From assembly GCF_009834535.1 (NCBI RefSeq), contig NC_045717.1, positions 26,102,001 through 26,166,000 on the forward strand: a DNA stretch of 64,000 nt, written 5' to 3'. Source of the DNA: Camelus ferus (Eukaryota). Position 1 is the stretch's first letter; each line of letters opens with the position of its first letter. Both the position numbers and the translations under genes were made by a program. The notes beneath the pieces were generated by a model that searched no databases, had not been told where the DNA came from, and saw only the letters and a program-made list of their open reading frames with translations. Below, piece by piece: positions 23,236-36,530 of this stretch.

Positions 23236-23739
23236 TTAAGGGTTATCCCAGCAGTGCAAATAGCTTTTTAATCGTCGAGTTAATTTTTTCCCCTTCAGAT
23301 TATAGAAATGGTATTGGCTCACAAAGAGAGAGTACTGAGAAGCGTAGGGAACAAAATGCACTGGGCGTGTGTCCCTCATCTCAGGGACAACGCAGCGGGG
23401 CCTCGCAGGCCAGCCGGTTTACATCGTGTGCCCCCCCTCCCCGCAATGTCCTGTCTCCTTTCCCTGTCTGGTGCTCACAGTCCCCCGCTGGGTGTGAATT
23501 GGTTCCAGTCACCTCCATGTGACATCCTTGACGCCTGTGGGCTGATCCTCTGTCTTTTTGCAACTTTTCAGAAGGTCCCCTCAGACCAGGGGCGGCAGGC
23601 TGCCTGCAGGGTTGGGGGCTCTTGTCTCCACGCCCCTCCCCCTCCCACTGCCAGAGCAACCTCCAAGGATTTCCAAACTGTGGGCAAGGCTGTGTGCCGA
23701 GAAAGCTTTATTTACAAAACAGGTGACAGAACCAGTGAG

Positions 23740-24455
23740 AGAAGCTTCATACTGTCCAGGATGGCTATTTTTAGAAAACAAAAAACCCAGAAAGTAACAA
23801 GAGTTGTCTCCAGGATGTGGAGAAATGGGGACCCTTGTGCACTTCCGGTGGGAACATGAAATGAGGCAGCCGCTGTGCAAAGTCCAGAGGGTCCTCAAAA
23901 AACTCAACATAGAATCACCATGTGCTCCAGCAGTGCCACTCCTCGGTGCATCCTGAGAGAAGGGAAACCAGGGACTTGAGACATTTGCACACCTGTGTTC
24001 ACAGCAGCACAAGGTGGGGACACCCCAAGTGTCCGTGAACAGATGATAGACGAACAAAATGTGGAGCACAGTGGAATATGTTACTCAGCCTTACAAAGGA
24101 AGGAGATTCTGGCACCTGCTACAACGTGGATGAACCCGGAGAACATGACACTCAGTGAGAGAACCAGACACAGAAGGACACACACTGTGTGATTCCACTC
24201 ACAGGAGGTCCCTGGAGGAGTCACATCCACAGAGACAGGAAGTAGGACGGTGGGGCCAGGGCTGGGGGAGGGGCTGGGGAGTGAGTGTTTCGTGGGGACA
24301 GAGTTTCAGTTTGGGAAGATGAGAAAGCTCTGGAGACGGTGGTGGGGATGGTGGCACAACAGTGTGAATGCACTTAACGCTGCTGAGCTGTGCACTTAGA
24401 AATGGTTAAGATGGTAAAGTTTATGTTACGCGTATTTTACAATAATTTTTAAACC
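23740..24455 (+). mobile_element. L1MB-type 3' end
   Basis: 'ggatgtggagaaatggggaccc...cagccttacaaaggaaggagattctg...aatggttaagatggtaaagttttatgttacg'. Confidence 0.85.
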
Positions 24456-25373
24456 TAAAAAATTTGAAAGTCATGCAAAAAAAAGAAATCCAAACCAAAA
24501 ACAGGTGACAGGTCGCAGTAAGCCAGACCCTGCCTTAGACTGACCTTGGTGGGACCTAGGGTGGAAGGCTGTGCTGTCCCTGTGTCTCCTTGTCTGTCTC
24601 TCTCCCTATCTCTGTTTCCATCTCTATCTCTGGGCTTTGACAACCGTGGCTGCCCTCCTGAGAGGGTGACACTGTCTCCGTCGGTGTGAGGGGCTCCGCC
24701 ACCCCGTCTGCAGGCGTCCTGGGCTTCCCCGTTACAGGGCCTCCCCGGCACTGCAGACTTAGTGGTCATTCTCTGTCCCTGACCCCACAGGACACCAGCT
24801 GCTGCTATGCCGGCTGCTGGTGCGTTCTCAGGGGGGCTGAGTCCCAGGAGAGGGGACCCCTTCCAGGAATTTGCTCTTTGGGCTCCTCCAGACGCCGGGT
24901 GGGACACTCTGGTTGTTTTGCGTGGGTTGTACTGCTGTGAACCGGCATGGCCTCCTTTCTCCTGGGCACCGGGTGTGTGTGGGAGGGGCATGGGGCTGGG
25001 AGCCCCCAGCTGCCTTTGAGGCACTGCCACCAATGTGGCCAGAGTTCCGGCTTCTCCAGGCCTCAAGATTCTTCCGCTGGTTTTGTGATCTACCCTGGAC
25101 TTCTGACCCACATGTAGCGTCGGGCTGGTGGCGGGTGGCACTTCATCCCTGAAGTGGCCGAGCGTGGCAGTCAGCCTCACGGCCGAGTCAGGGGCTGTGA
25201 AAGCCTCTCTGCCTCCCAGGGCAAATCCCGTGGTGCCCACGGAGGAGCCAGGGGCTTCCCCCCAGGGCCACGCGCGGGGCCATCCCGTGGGACAGAGGCC
25301 TGCCTGCTGTGCAGACACGATTCCTGGTGCTGGCATCGTGAATCTGCTGAGCCTCGCAGCTTTTCCCGGGTAA

Positions 25374-25802
<429 letters not shown>

Positions 25803-26690
25803 TGAGTTTGGGGCGCCCTGGTAAATCTTGCCCCCGGGTGAGTGTCTCCCTCACCTCGCTAACCCTGACTCCAGCCCCTCCCCTGGTGGCACACGGTGAC
25901 TTTCTAGGTGGGTTTCGTTCAGTGCAGATTGTTGACGGGCTTCGCTACACTAATTAGGCTAAAAGTTTCCAGTTGGCGTTTTGGTGCCTTTTTGCGGGGG
26001 TCAGGTGTGGGGAGAAAAACACTGCGTTATTAGGTTTCTCAGAGGGGGCCCCTTTCCCTGCTGTAGGGTCCCACTGGCTGTGGCGGGGTGCCGGGAGGCC
26101 AGGTGCAGAGTCGCAGGGACAGGGCGGCCCCGAGTGGTCCGGTATCTGGGCCTCAGCTCTGACTGAGTCGCTGTGAAGGGTCAGAGCCAGGCCAGTCATG
26201 CGGGAACCACTCTTGGCCATTTGCTGAGAGCTGCCACCGTGAGAGGTGTCCCGGCCTCCAAGTCGGCCCCAGGGGGTGGGGGTGGAGCTGCCCCACAGCT
26301 TCCTTGGGTACATGGAAGCAGAATCTTCTCCCTCCCTGGCCCTGCCTGTCCCCTGTGCGAGTTCCCGGACCGTCAGAGGCACAGCACTGCGTGTCCTGCG
26401 GGTGGTTCTTGGCCCTCTCCCCAGGGCTCCTGCCTGACCGGAGTGGGCGGGCAGGGCCCGTCTCCAGCCTGAACCTCTAGGTGCCCAGTTGAGAGGTGCA
26501 GGCCTGGAGCAGACGTCACCTGACCCCCGCCCAGGCCGTTGGTTACTGTGAACCATAAGGAAGAAAATCCGCTGGCGCCTCGGCTGACACCTGTGCCGGC
26601 ACCCCCACCCCCCACCCCCAACTTGAAAGCCAGGACCAGTCTGAAGCCAGGGTCTGCCTGGGGCTGTGCTGACATGCTCTCCCTCGACAG

Positions 26691-26796
26691 GCGAGACTCT
26701 TCGACGAGCCACAGCTTGCCAGCCTGTGCCTGGAGAACATCGACAAGAACACGGCCGACGCCATCTCGGCAGAGGGCTTCACGGACATTGACCTGG
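26691..26796 (+). CDS. BTBD2: BTBD2 coding exon 4 (106 nt)
   Basis: [35 protein letters not shown]. Donor G|gtaagg. Confidence 0.96.
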
Positions 26797-26941
26797 GTAA
26801 GGCTGCTGGGCCGGGGCGGCCGGCTTGTCCTGCAGGGGCCCTGCCAGCCTGAGTTCCGCCTTCCGTTTGGCCCAGCCTATTCCCTGGGCCGAGCGGAGGC
26901 CAGAGTGCTGGGCCCACACGGCTGCTGGCCCCTCCCTGCAG

Positions 26942-27139
26942 ACACGCTGGTGGCCGTGCTGGAGCGGGACACCCTGGGCATCCGGGAGGTGCGCCTGTTC
27001 AACGCCGTCGTGCGCTGGTCGGAGGCCGAGTGTCAGCGGCAGCAGCTGCAGGTGACGCCCGAGAACAAGCGGAAGGTGCTGGGCAAGGCACTGGCCCTCA
27101 TCCGCTTCCCGCTGATGACCATCGAGGAGTTCGCTGCAG
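26942..27139 (+). CDS. BTBD2: BTBD2 coding exon 5 (198 nt)
   Basis: [35 protein letters not shown]...[13 protein letters not shown]. Donor G|gtaacg. Confidence 0.96.
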
Positions 27140-28029
27140 GTAACGGTCAGGGGGGCCGAGCCGCTGCTCTGGAGGAGCAAGACCCCCAGGGACCCCCAGT
27201 GTGACTCAGTCACGTGTCCCTTGGCCCGGCCACAGTGGGTCAGGGCCGGCTGCATCCACCTCAAGAGCCCCGCCAGCTTCTTTGTGCCGACAACACACTC
27301 GCCGTGTCCAGGGGAGAGGTTGCCCAGGCTCGAGAGTGTCACACTGGAGTCACCCACAGACGCTGACCCTCCCAGGTCCCCGCCTTCCTTTCCCCCCGCG
27401 TCTCGTGTATCCAGGCACGTGCGTGAGTGTGCAGGGCCCGGGGGGGGTCCTTGTCTTGGGTGCACTTCCTGGGGGCCAGGCTCTGGCGTCATCGTCCTTG
27501 ACAAGCCCCGTGAAGGGCTGGAAGTGCCTGGAGCTGAGGGGGCCACTGCTGCAGGGCCTTGGGGGCTCGGGCCCAGGTCCGGGTGGCCCTGACCCTGCCT
27601 CCCACCCCATGGGAATGCTCCTGTCTTGGCTGTGGCCAACTTGGGACCCACTGGGGCTAGGCCTCCCCTTTCTGTCAGTCTCATGGCTGGTGCCGACCGT
27701 GGTCCTGGAGCCAAACTGGCCTGGAAGTTTCTGGATGGGGCTCCATGATGCAGCCCCGCAGCTGCCCTGTCTCTCCTGGGTCCGTGCTGCCCCTGCTCCC
27801 ACCTGGGCTTAGGGTCGCCAGATTGAGTGACAACAGCCAAGAAACGAGGTTTTAGTGTTATCTCCCATGTGCAGCTGGCAGACATTTATCATACAGATCT
27901 GAAATTCAGACTTGACCAGGTGTCCTGCGTTTTAGCTGGCGGTCGCAGTGTTACGTCAGTGCTGGGGTGATCTCTGTGCTCTGGGAGTCACTCATCTGGC
28001 AGAGCCTTGGCGCCTCCCTAGTACCAGGC

Positions 28030-28200
28030 CTGGGGGCACAGCGGGGGGCTGCAGACGTGGGGCCAGGTCGTCCTCTGTGGGACGTCCTGGGGGGTGTGGA
28101 GCAGCCTCCCAGTCCCCACCTGCTCGATGCCAGAAGTCCCTCAGTCATGACAACCACAGATGTCCCCAGACATTTCCCAGTGCCCCCAGGTGAGAACCCC
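28030..28200 (-). mobile_element. MER20 remnant
   Basis: Reverse complement 'aatgtctggggacatctgtggttgtcatgact...ctggcatcgag'. Confidence 0.75.
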
Positions 28201-29243
28201 AGGCCAGGCTACGTGAGCCTACAGGAGCCTTGCTGGGCCCCTCTCTCTCCAGCCCTGCTTGCTCCCCCAGAACCGCTCTCCTCACAGTCCCTCAGCCCAC
28301 CTGGCCACCAGAGCCCCCTGGGGTCTCAGGCCCCTGTGACACCGCCACCACCTCCTGGAGTGCCATCCCCCCACCCGTGGCCATCTCACCACGCCTCCCG
28401 AGGGCCCCCCAGGCCGAATAGCCACCAACCACCCCCAGCTTGCCGGCGCCTGGGATGTGTGTGTCTGTCCTTCGGCATGAGCTGGGCCTGTGGCCTTGTC
28501 CCTCTGCGGCGGTGCCCACGGGGCTTCAGCTGTCACTCAGTGTGTCCTAGAGGATTCTCCTGCTTGTTCTGTTTAACTTGAAAATACAAGAATGTAGAAG
28601 TTTGAAAAAAAAACTTGCCAAAAGACTCGTGCGGCTGAGCATGTCCTGGCTGAGGTCTGATGGAGTTTCCCTTCTGCATTTTCCATACGGAGATTAAAAA
28701 AGTGGTTCATGTCTGGATTCAGTTTTGTATCTCACTTATTCACGTGCTCCATGGAAATCTCGCTCCCGTTGCTAAGATCTGTGCGTGTGGGGTGCGGGGG
28801 CTGTGAGCTGTGGCCGCCCTGCGGCAGAAGTGAGCTCAAAGCTGGTGAATGAGTGATTCCTGTCAAATGAGGACCGGGTCCTGGAGGCCTGGCGGGAGCC
28901 CTGTCCTGGGGCACGGGGTGGGGTGGGGCGGGCAGGGGGCGTGTAAGGCCCACCCCCCGTGGCCTCCCTTCGCTGTCTCATCGCTGTACCACGGGTCCCC
29001 TGTTTGGGGGCAGCGTCTCCCTGTTGCTGTAGGTGCCCCAGTGGACGAGCAGGGCAGCATGTGCTCTGTGGACCATCGGTGGTCCCAGGTGGAGACTGGG
29101 GAGTTCTGCCCAATTAGCCAGCGAATCAGAGCACTGGCTCCGGGTCTGCGTCAGACCGCTCCCCGGCGAGCAGAAGGGCATCGGCCCCCCGCGGGCGCTG
29201 CTTGTTCCCGTGCTGTTTTCCAGAGGATCGACCTCTGCTCTGA

Positions 29244-29612
<369 letters not shown>

Positions 29613-29645
29613 TAGTTCAGCATCTTCCTCCTCTGACCGAGTCAG

Positions 29646-29733
29646 GTTCTCCGTCAACAAGCGCATCTTCGTGGTTGGCTTCGGACTTTACGGCTCCATC
29701 CACGGGCCCACAGATTACCAAGTCAACATCCAG
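29646..29733 (+). CDS. BTBD2: BTBD2 coding exon 7 (88 nt)
   Basis: [29 protein letters not shown]. Acceptor gtcag| and donor |gtgccg. Confidence 0.93.
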
Positions 29734-30094
29734 GTGCCGCCCCGCCTCCAGCCCCCCCATATCCTTCTGCCGCCGCCTCCCTCCCCACCCCCCACCTCTC
29801 CCTAAGGTCGAATGTCTTCCCAACCCTCCCCGGCTCCGTATCCTTCCCCCTCCTTCCTTGTCAGGGGTCTGTCCCGTGTCTCCCACAAGGTAGAATGAAT
29901 GTTCTGGGGTCCACGGGACCCAGGACGATGCCTCCCCATCCCCCATTGGTCTCCTCCTTGAGGGTCACGAGCTGGACCCCACACCGCTGGCCTAGGGCTG
30001 GTTGGGGCTCAGCCCTCGGTCCGCCTTCCCCGGGTCCTGTGGGGGGCGGGGCAGGGGCGCCCGGGGTGAGCTGTGTCCGGCTCCTGCCCTGCAG

Positions 30095-30241
30095 ATTATC
30101 CACACGGACAGCAACACGGTCCTGGGCCAGAACGACACGGGCTTCAGCTGTGACGGCTCGGCCAGCACCTTCCGAGTCATGTTCAAGGAGCCGGTGGAGG
30201 TGCTGCCCAACGTCAACTACACCGCCTGTGCCACGCTCAAG
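30095..30241 (+). CDS. BTBD2: BTBD2 coding exon 8 (147 nt)
   Basis: [49 protein letters not shown]. Confidence 0.96.
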
Positions 30242-30546
30242 GTGGGCCTGATGTGCTCCCCCAACCAGGACCCTGACTGACCCCTACCCAGAACCTGGCC
30301 CCGATCCCTGAAACCAGCCCAGGACCCCAACCACAAACCACAGACTGACTCCGACCCCCAAACCTGAGCCAGGATCCCCACCCTGACCTCTTACCCTGAC
30401 TCCCAGTCCACTCCCCCCCCCCCACCGTGATGGGGCTGGGAGGGTTGCAGCCACGTTGTGGAGGCCATGGAGGGCCTGCTGCCCTGCCCAGCTGGGGTCC
30501 TGGGCCTCCTCCCTGACCTGCTGGGGTCCCCCCGCACCCCACGCAG

Positions 30547-30708
30547 GGCCCGGACTCCCACTATGGCACCAAGGGCCTGCGCAAGGTGACCCACGAGTCG
30601 CCCACGACGGGGGCCAAGACGTGCTTCACCTTCTGCTACGCGGCCGGGAACAACAACGGCACGTCGGTGGAGGACGGCCAGATCCCCGAGGTCATCTTCT
30701 ACACCTAG
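30547..30708 (+). CDS. BTBD2: BTBD2 coding exon 9 (162 nt including TAG)
   Basis: [53 protein letters not shown]. Confidence 0.96.
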   Translation, partial: GPDSHYGTKGLRKVTHESPTTGAKTCFTFCYAAGNNNGTSVEDGQIPEVIFYT

Positions 30709-31572
30709 GCTGCTGGGCCCCGCACGGCCCGGGGACGCCACAGCCCTGATGTCACCCAGCACAAGTAGGCCATCCCATCCCACGCCGCGCTGGGCCCCGC
30801 CCTGCTGCCGGGCACCCCCGCCACGTTCCCAGGCACCAGGAGGCGTCTTCGCACTCCACCGCGGGGCAGCCAGCTGGCCGCCTGCTCCAGGGAGCCGGGA
30901 GGTGGCCGGGGTGGTGGGGGACAGTCCCTCAGGACTCGGGGGGGCGGGGCTGGCCTGACCTCGCCCTGAGCCGGGGGTCGCCTGCCCAGCTGCCTGACCA
31001 CAGGATTTGTGTAGGGCGTCACCCCGTGTGTGTTTCAGCTGCACATGGCGGTGCGTCCGGGATGCCCGTTTCTCTGCTAGGAGACCTCATGCGGGGCCCC
31101 TTGTGTAGGGGGGTGGGGCTCACATCCTGTTTGGTTCACTGGGGATGCTCAGGCCACCCTGACCTGCCCCTTAGACGCAGGCTTGAGCTCTCCCGCGGTC
31201 CCGCAGGCCGGCTTCCTGCCAGGCCCAGGCCTACCCAGCAAAGGGCCATTCCTGTCCAGCCTCTCTGGATGGCCCTTCCCAGCCCTTGCAGATGAGGATG
31301 GGGTGGCAAACCCTGTCTGCCTGGGAGGGGCGATACTGCAGGTCAGCTGGGAGGGCATAGTCCCAGCTGGCCTGCCCGCCCGTGCATCCTGCAGCCCTGC
31401 CCCTGCCTCCCAAGCCTCCAGAGCGCTCTGCATAGAGGTGCTGGAGGGCCAGCCCCTCCCCGGCCCCCAGGTACTGCCCCCTTTCCTATCCCAGTGTCTC
31501 CACCTGGAACCTGTGTCTTCCCCAAAGCCATGGAAGGTGTGTCCTCACACCGCACCCCAAAATGTTTTTTTA

Positions 31573-31578
31573 AATAAA
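31573..31578 (+). terminator. BTBD2: BTBD2 polyadenylation signal AATAAA
   Basis: First AATAAA after the stop (~870 nt 3'UTR), preceded by a U-rich tract. Confidence 0.85.
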
Positions 31579-32379
31579 GGAAAGAAACACACCATCCTGC
31601 CCCACGTGCTGCTTCCCGTCGGAGCCGGCGGTGGGGGGCCCTGGAGCTGGAGACCTGGCCCTTCTCTCTGCAGCTGTTTCCCCCCCAGTTTGGGGGCCTG
31701 GCTGGGCTGGGGGCCCATGGGAGGAGCTGTCTCAGCTTCACGGCCTCCAGATCACGCACTGGCTCCTACTCCCACCCACCCTGCCACAGGGACCCTCCAC
31801 ATGAAACCTCAGGGCCTCCTGTTGTGCTGCTGCTCTCCAGCAGTGGGGGGCCCCCACTGCACTCAGCTGTGCTGGGATCTTGGGCTCTGCCCTCTGGAGC
31901 TGGGGCTGCATGTGGCACACAGCAGGGGCCCAGGTTGCACCCCGAGCTCTGGCCCTCAGGCCCCACGTCTTGCCCTGAGGCCTGCCACGCTGCAGGCTGG
32001 CCCTGGGAGAGGGGCCGAGGGGCAGGTGGCCAGGCCTTCTAGTGCAGCCCCAAGAGCAGCCTGTCCTGGGGGCCACTGTGGTTCAAGGCTGCCTCCTCAG
32101 GAGGACAGGACAGGTGGTGCTGGCCCAGGGCACAGCTGGGCCAGCTGTGGAGGGTGGGCATGAGCAGCAGAAGCACAGCCTTGGCAGCAAGACAGCGAGG
32201 TTACAGAACAGCCCCAGAGACAGCTGCGTCCCAGTCCAGGACCTGCGGCCGGGTCGGGTCACAGTGAGCCATGGCGACTGTCTCCCTGCGGAAAGGAACA
32301 CGTGACGGCCCCCTGGAGAGAGATGGCAGCAGTACCAGCCTCGACTCGTGCTCATGGCAGTGGACCCGTACCCAGACTA

Positions 32380-35300
32380 CAGAGTGAGAGGGGAAATGGA
32401 AACAGATCCACATGCTTCCACTTCAGAGCTGAGATTATCAGAGAATTCATACATTCAAGATAGTAGAGAAAATGATGGACAAAACAGATGTCTTAATGGA
32501 GAATTTCAGCAGAGTTGGAACATCTGTATCTAGACATTCTAGCACTGAAAAATACATTATCTGTAATGAACTTGGTAGCTAGGAGCAACAGTAGCCTGGA
32601 CACCACAACAGAGGGTAATAAAAGTATCCAAGGTGAAGCAAAATGAGAAGAACGCGAGAGCAGCACAGAGACCTGAGAGACGGTCAGAAGGCCTACCGTG
32701 GCAGTTGCATCACCGAGGGGAGGAAGAGGGAGGGTGGGGCAAAGGTTACGTGCGAAGAGAGGTAGCTGAGAATCTTCCAAAATGTGTCAGGACATCAATC
32801 TACATATTTAACAAGTCCAGTGACCCAAAGTAGAATTAAAAACAAAAACACATATAATCTAACTGCTGAAAGCCAAAGGAAACATCTTAAAAGCAGCCAG
32901 GAAACAGAAAGAACTACCAAACTAGAATTCGCTGCCCCTCCCAAGTGAAAATAAAGACAAAAGACAGATGGAGGCAAAGGAAGGTGGACCGCAACTGCAC
33001 CGCAAGCAAGTGGATTGCACTCTCCAGGTCAAAGGTGAGGGCGGCAGACTGGACACGAAAGCAGACTGCTCGGTAGCCGCCAGAGCCTCGCTGTAATCAC
33101 AGAGACACAGAGAGAGGGAAGAGGAAAGGCGGACAGAGTCACTCTACACAAATGCTCACCAAAAGAAAGCATACTTCCACCAGTATCAGAAGCAGCGGAC
33201 TGCAAAGCAGTAAGTGCTGCTGAAAGGACATTTCACAAGGAAAAGAGGCTTAATTGTATTTTTTTTAACAGTCCTAAATACTTATGCACCAGAGAACAGG
33301 TTCAAAGTAAGAGCTGAATAGACGAAACTGAGAAATAAGCAAATCTATGCTCACAGCTGGAGACAGACACCATCACACCTCTCCGTAGAGACAGAAGAAA
33401 TCACAGGTGTTTAAGATCTGAACATGCACAACAGACCTGCCGTAACTGGCACACACACAACCCCACACACCCAGCACCTGCCGAGCACAGGAGGCCATGA
33501 GCGCAGCAGTAGTGTGCTGTGCCGTGACTCAGGCCTGGACGAGGGTCACTCACCTGCAGACTGGTCTCCAACTGCAGGGGAATCGGACTGGAGCCACCCG
33601 TAAAATAACAAGGAATCCCCCAATGTTTGGTAATTAAGAAACACTTTTATATAAAACATAGGCTAAAATAGAAACCATCTGGAAATTGGGAACAATATTG
33701 CAATTGTAATATGCCAGAATTTAAGGACCCTGCTAAAAGCAGAATTGAGGGGGACATTCATACTTTATCCATAGATTGGAAAACAAATGTTGAAAATCAG
33801 TGGTCTAGATTGGAAGAATCAGTGGCATTCAAATGACCACACTATCCAAGGCAACCTACAGCTTTAACACAACCCATGGCATTTCACAGAACTAGAGCAA
33901 GTAATTTTAAAGCTTATACGGAAACACAAGACCCTAAAGAGCCAAGCTAGTCCTGAGAGCCATTAGAACTAAAGGAAGCAGGCTCCCTGACGCCAGACTG
34001 CACGGCTATGGTGACCCTGGCCGTGTGGCGCAGGGGCGGAAGCGGACACGCAGATCAGCGAGCAGGGCGGGGGGCCCAGAACAAGCCCGCGCGCTCATGG
34101 CCAACCGGCCTGCAACGCAGGTGGCGGGACCGCGCGGTGGGGAAGACCGTCTCCTCAGTAAGCGGTGCCGCGCAAAGCGGGCAGCCACGCGTGAGAGGGT
34201 GAAACCAGCACGCTCTCCAGCACCCCGCCTACAAAAATAAACTCGATGGATCAAAGAACTAGATGTGAGACCAGATACTGTAAGACTCCTAGAGGAAAAC
34301 AGACAGAACGCTCTGACATAAATTGCAGAAATATCTTTTTGGATCCATCTCCTAAAATATAGGAAATAAACAAAAATAAACAGATGGAACCTAATTAAAC
34401 TTAAAAGCCTTTGCAGAGCAAAGGGAACCATCAAAAAAAAAAAAAAAAAAGACAACATACTGAATAGGAGAAAATATTTGCAAGTGCTGTGAGTGATAAG
34501 GGACCAATATCGAACAGCTACAAACAGCTCAGACAAACTCAACAGGAGAAAACCAAACCAACCAATTAAAAAATGGGCAGAACTGAATAGATATTTTTCC
34601 AAGGAGAACATGCAGATGGCTAACAGGCACCTGAACAGATGCTCAACATGGCTAATGATGAGGGAAGGGCAAATCAGGACCACAATGAGCCGTCACCTCG
34701 TACCTGTCAGAATCAAAAAGAGCACGAATGCTAAGTGCTGGCAGGGGCGTGGGGAGGAGGGAGACCTCGCGCACCGCGGGTGGGAATGTAAGCTGGCAGC
34801 TCCTGGAGAAAACAGCACAGAGGTTTCTCAGACACCTACAAACAGAGCTACCATATGGTCCAGCAGTTCCACTCCTGGCTCTACATCCCCCCCAAAAAAC
34901 CCCAACAAAAACGCTAATTCAAAAAGACACATGCACCCAACGTTCACAGCAGCGTTATGTNNNNNNNNNNNNNNNNNNNNNNNNNNNNNNNNNNNNNNNN
35001 NNNNNNNNNNNNNNNNNNNNNNNNNNNNNNNNNNNNNNNNNNNNNNNNNNNNNNNNNNNNNNNNNNNNNNNNNNNNNNNNNNNNNNNNNNNNNNNNNNNN
35101 NNNNNNNNNNNNNNNNNNNNNNGAAATAAGAGGACAAATACTGCGCATTACTTACACGTGGACCCTAAAAAATAAAACAAACTGGGGAACGTAACCAAAA
35201 AAGAAGCAAACTCACAGATACAGAGAACAGACTAACGGCCACCAGCACGGGGAGGGGCGACCCCGGGGTGGGGAGAGGAAGCTGCGAACTGCTGGGTGGG

Positions 35301-35400
35301 AGACAGGCTCAAGGCTGTACTGGACAAGGCAGGAACAGAACCAACGTTTTGTAAAAACTAAATGGAAAGTACCTTTAAAAATTGTGTAAAACTTTTTTAA
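32380..35400 (+). mobile_element. Fragmented L1 (ORF1, ORF2 and 3'UTR remnants)
   Basis: ORF 34493-35194 '[26 protein letters not shown]...' matches the L1 ORF2p C-terminus. ORF1- and endonuclease-like remnants lie upstream. Confidence 0.85.
34961..35122. other. N-run (162 nt)
   Basis: Undetermined bases inside the L1 3' region. Confidence 0.99.
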
Positions 35401-35859
35401 AATATTAAATAAAAAATGAGTAAGGAAACTTTAAAAGCACATAATAAAAATAAAATTGATGGTCAAAGCTTTCATCTTAAGAAACTAGAAAATTAACAGC
35501 AAGTTCAAGCCAAACAGGAGAAATAACAAAATAACGAGACCAAAAACGAAGCAGAAAACAAATGAAATACAAACCATTAGTGGGTTCTTGATGAACCCAG
35601 AGCAAAAGGTTCTGTTTTGTTTTAAAGACAACAGGAGACCAGTAGCAGAAGTGAGGAGGGGCTAGCACTACAGCAGCAGGCCCGACAGACATTCGAGAGG
35701 CGATCGAAGGGGCTCAGCTCCTGGTCAGGGTACGGACTGACGCGGCAGACCGCAACTTCAGCTGGTTAGACGTGAAACCAGACAGAAGGACAGAGTCGCT
35801 ACGGAAATCACACACAGGTTCAGTGTCTGCGGAGAGCTCCAAGGACTTAATGCAAGAAA

Positions 35860-36530
35860 ATTTAAATAGAATTACCATGGGATCCAGCAGTCCCGCTTCT
35901 GGACGTGTACTCAAAGGAAATGAAATCAGTTGTCTCGGAGCACATCTGCACCCCCACGTTCACAGCAGCATTATGCCCAGTTGCCGAGACTTGGAGACAA
36001 CCAAGTGTCCAGATGGATGAATGGGCAAANNNNNNNNNNNNNNNNNNNNNNNNNNNNNNNNNNNNNNNNNNNNNNNNNNNNNNNNNNNNNNNNNNNNNNN
36101 NNNNNNNNNNNNNNNNNNNNNNNNNNNNNNNNNNNNNNNNNNNNNNNNNNNNNNNNNNNNNNNNCCTCACTTATATGCGGAATCTAAAGTTAAGATGAAA
36201 TCATGCAGGCAGAGAGAACGGTGAGTGCCAGGGGCTGCTGAGTTTGGGAGGGGGAAGGTGCTGGCTGACGGACACAGGCTTCCAGTCACGAGGATGAGTG
36301 AGCTCTGGGGATCTGGGCGCTCACGTGCAGCACGGCGCCATAGTTACAACACTCTGTTCTGTACTTGAAATTGGCCAGGAGAGTTACCTCCTGAGTGTTC
36401 TCAGCACACACCAAAAAAGGTAACCGGGTGAGGAGATGGCTGTGCTGATCACCTTGATTGTGGTGACTGTCCCACAGTGTGTGTATAAGACCGTCGCAGT
36501 GTACACCCTAGGTTAAATACTCACATGTAG
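35860..36530 (+). mobile_element. L1 3' end (L1MA/MB type)
   Basis: 'agaattaccatgggatccagcagtcccgcttctgg...gtacttgaaattggcc...gtaaccgggtgagg'. Confidence 0.75.
36030..36164. other. N-run (135 nt)
   Basis: Undetermined bases inside L1. Confidence 0.99.

Noticed and set aside
26779-27885. Long ORFs in GC-rich non-exonic DNA (26779-27885 -, 24455-25411 -, 31183-32163 +, 49269-50252 -, 54192-55187 -)
   Set aside because: They are Pro/Gly/Arg/Ala-biased, have no recognisable domains or splice support, and are expected from stop-codon scarcity at this GC level.
33990-34230. ADAR hyper-editing as the cause of the GC-rich L1 patch
   Set aside because: Editing would give strand-specific A>G changes only, whereas both A>G and T>C (and some transversions to G/C) are seen.
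34006-35194. ORFs 34006-34683 (-) and 34493-35194 (+) as host genes
   Set aside because: They are decayed L1 ORF2 sequence and its antisense reading.
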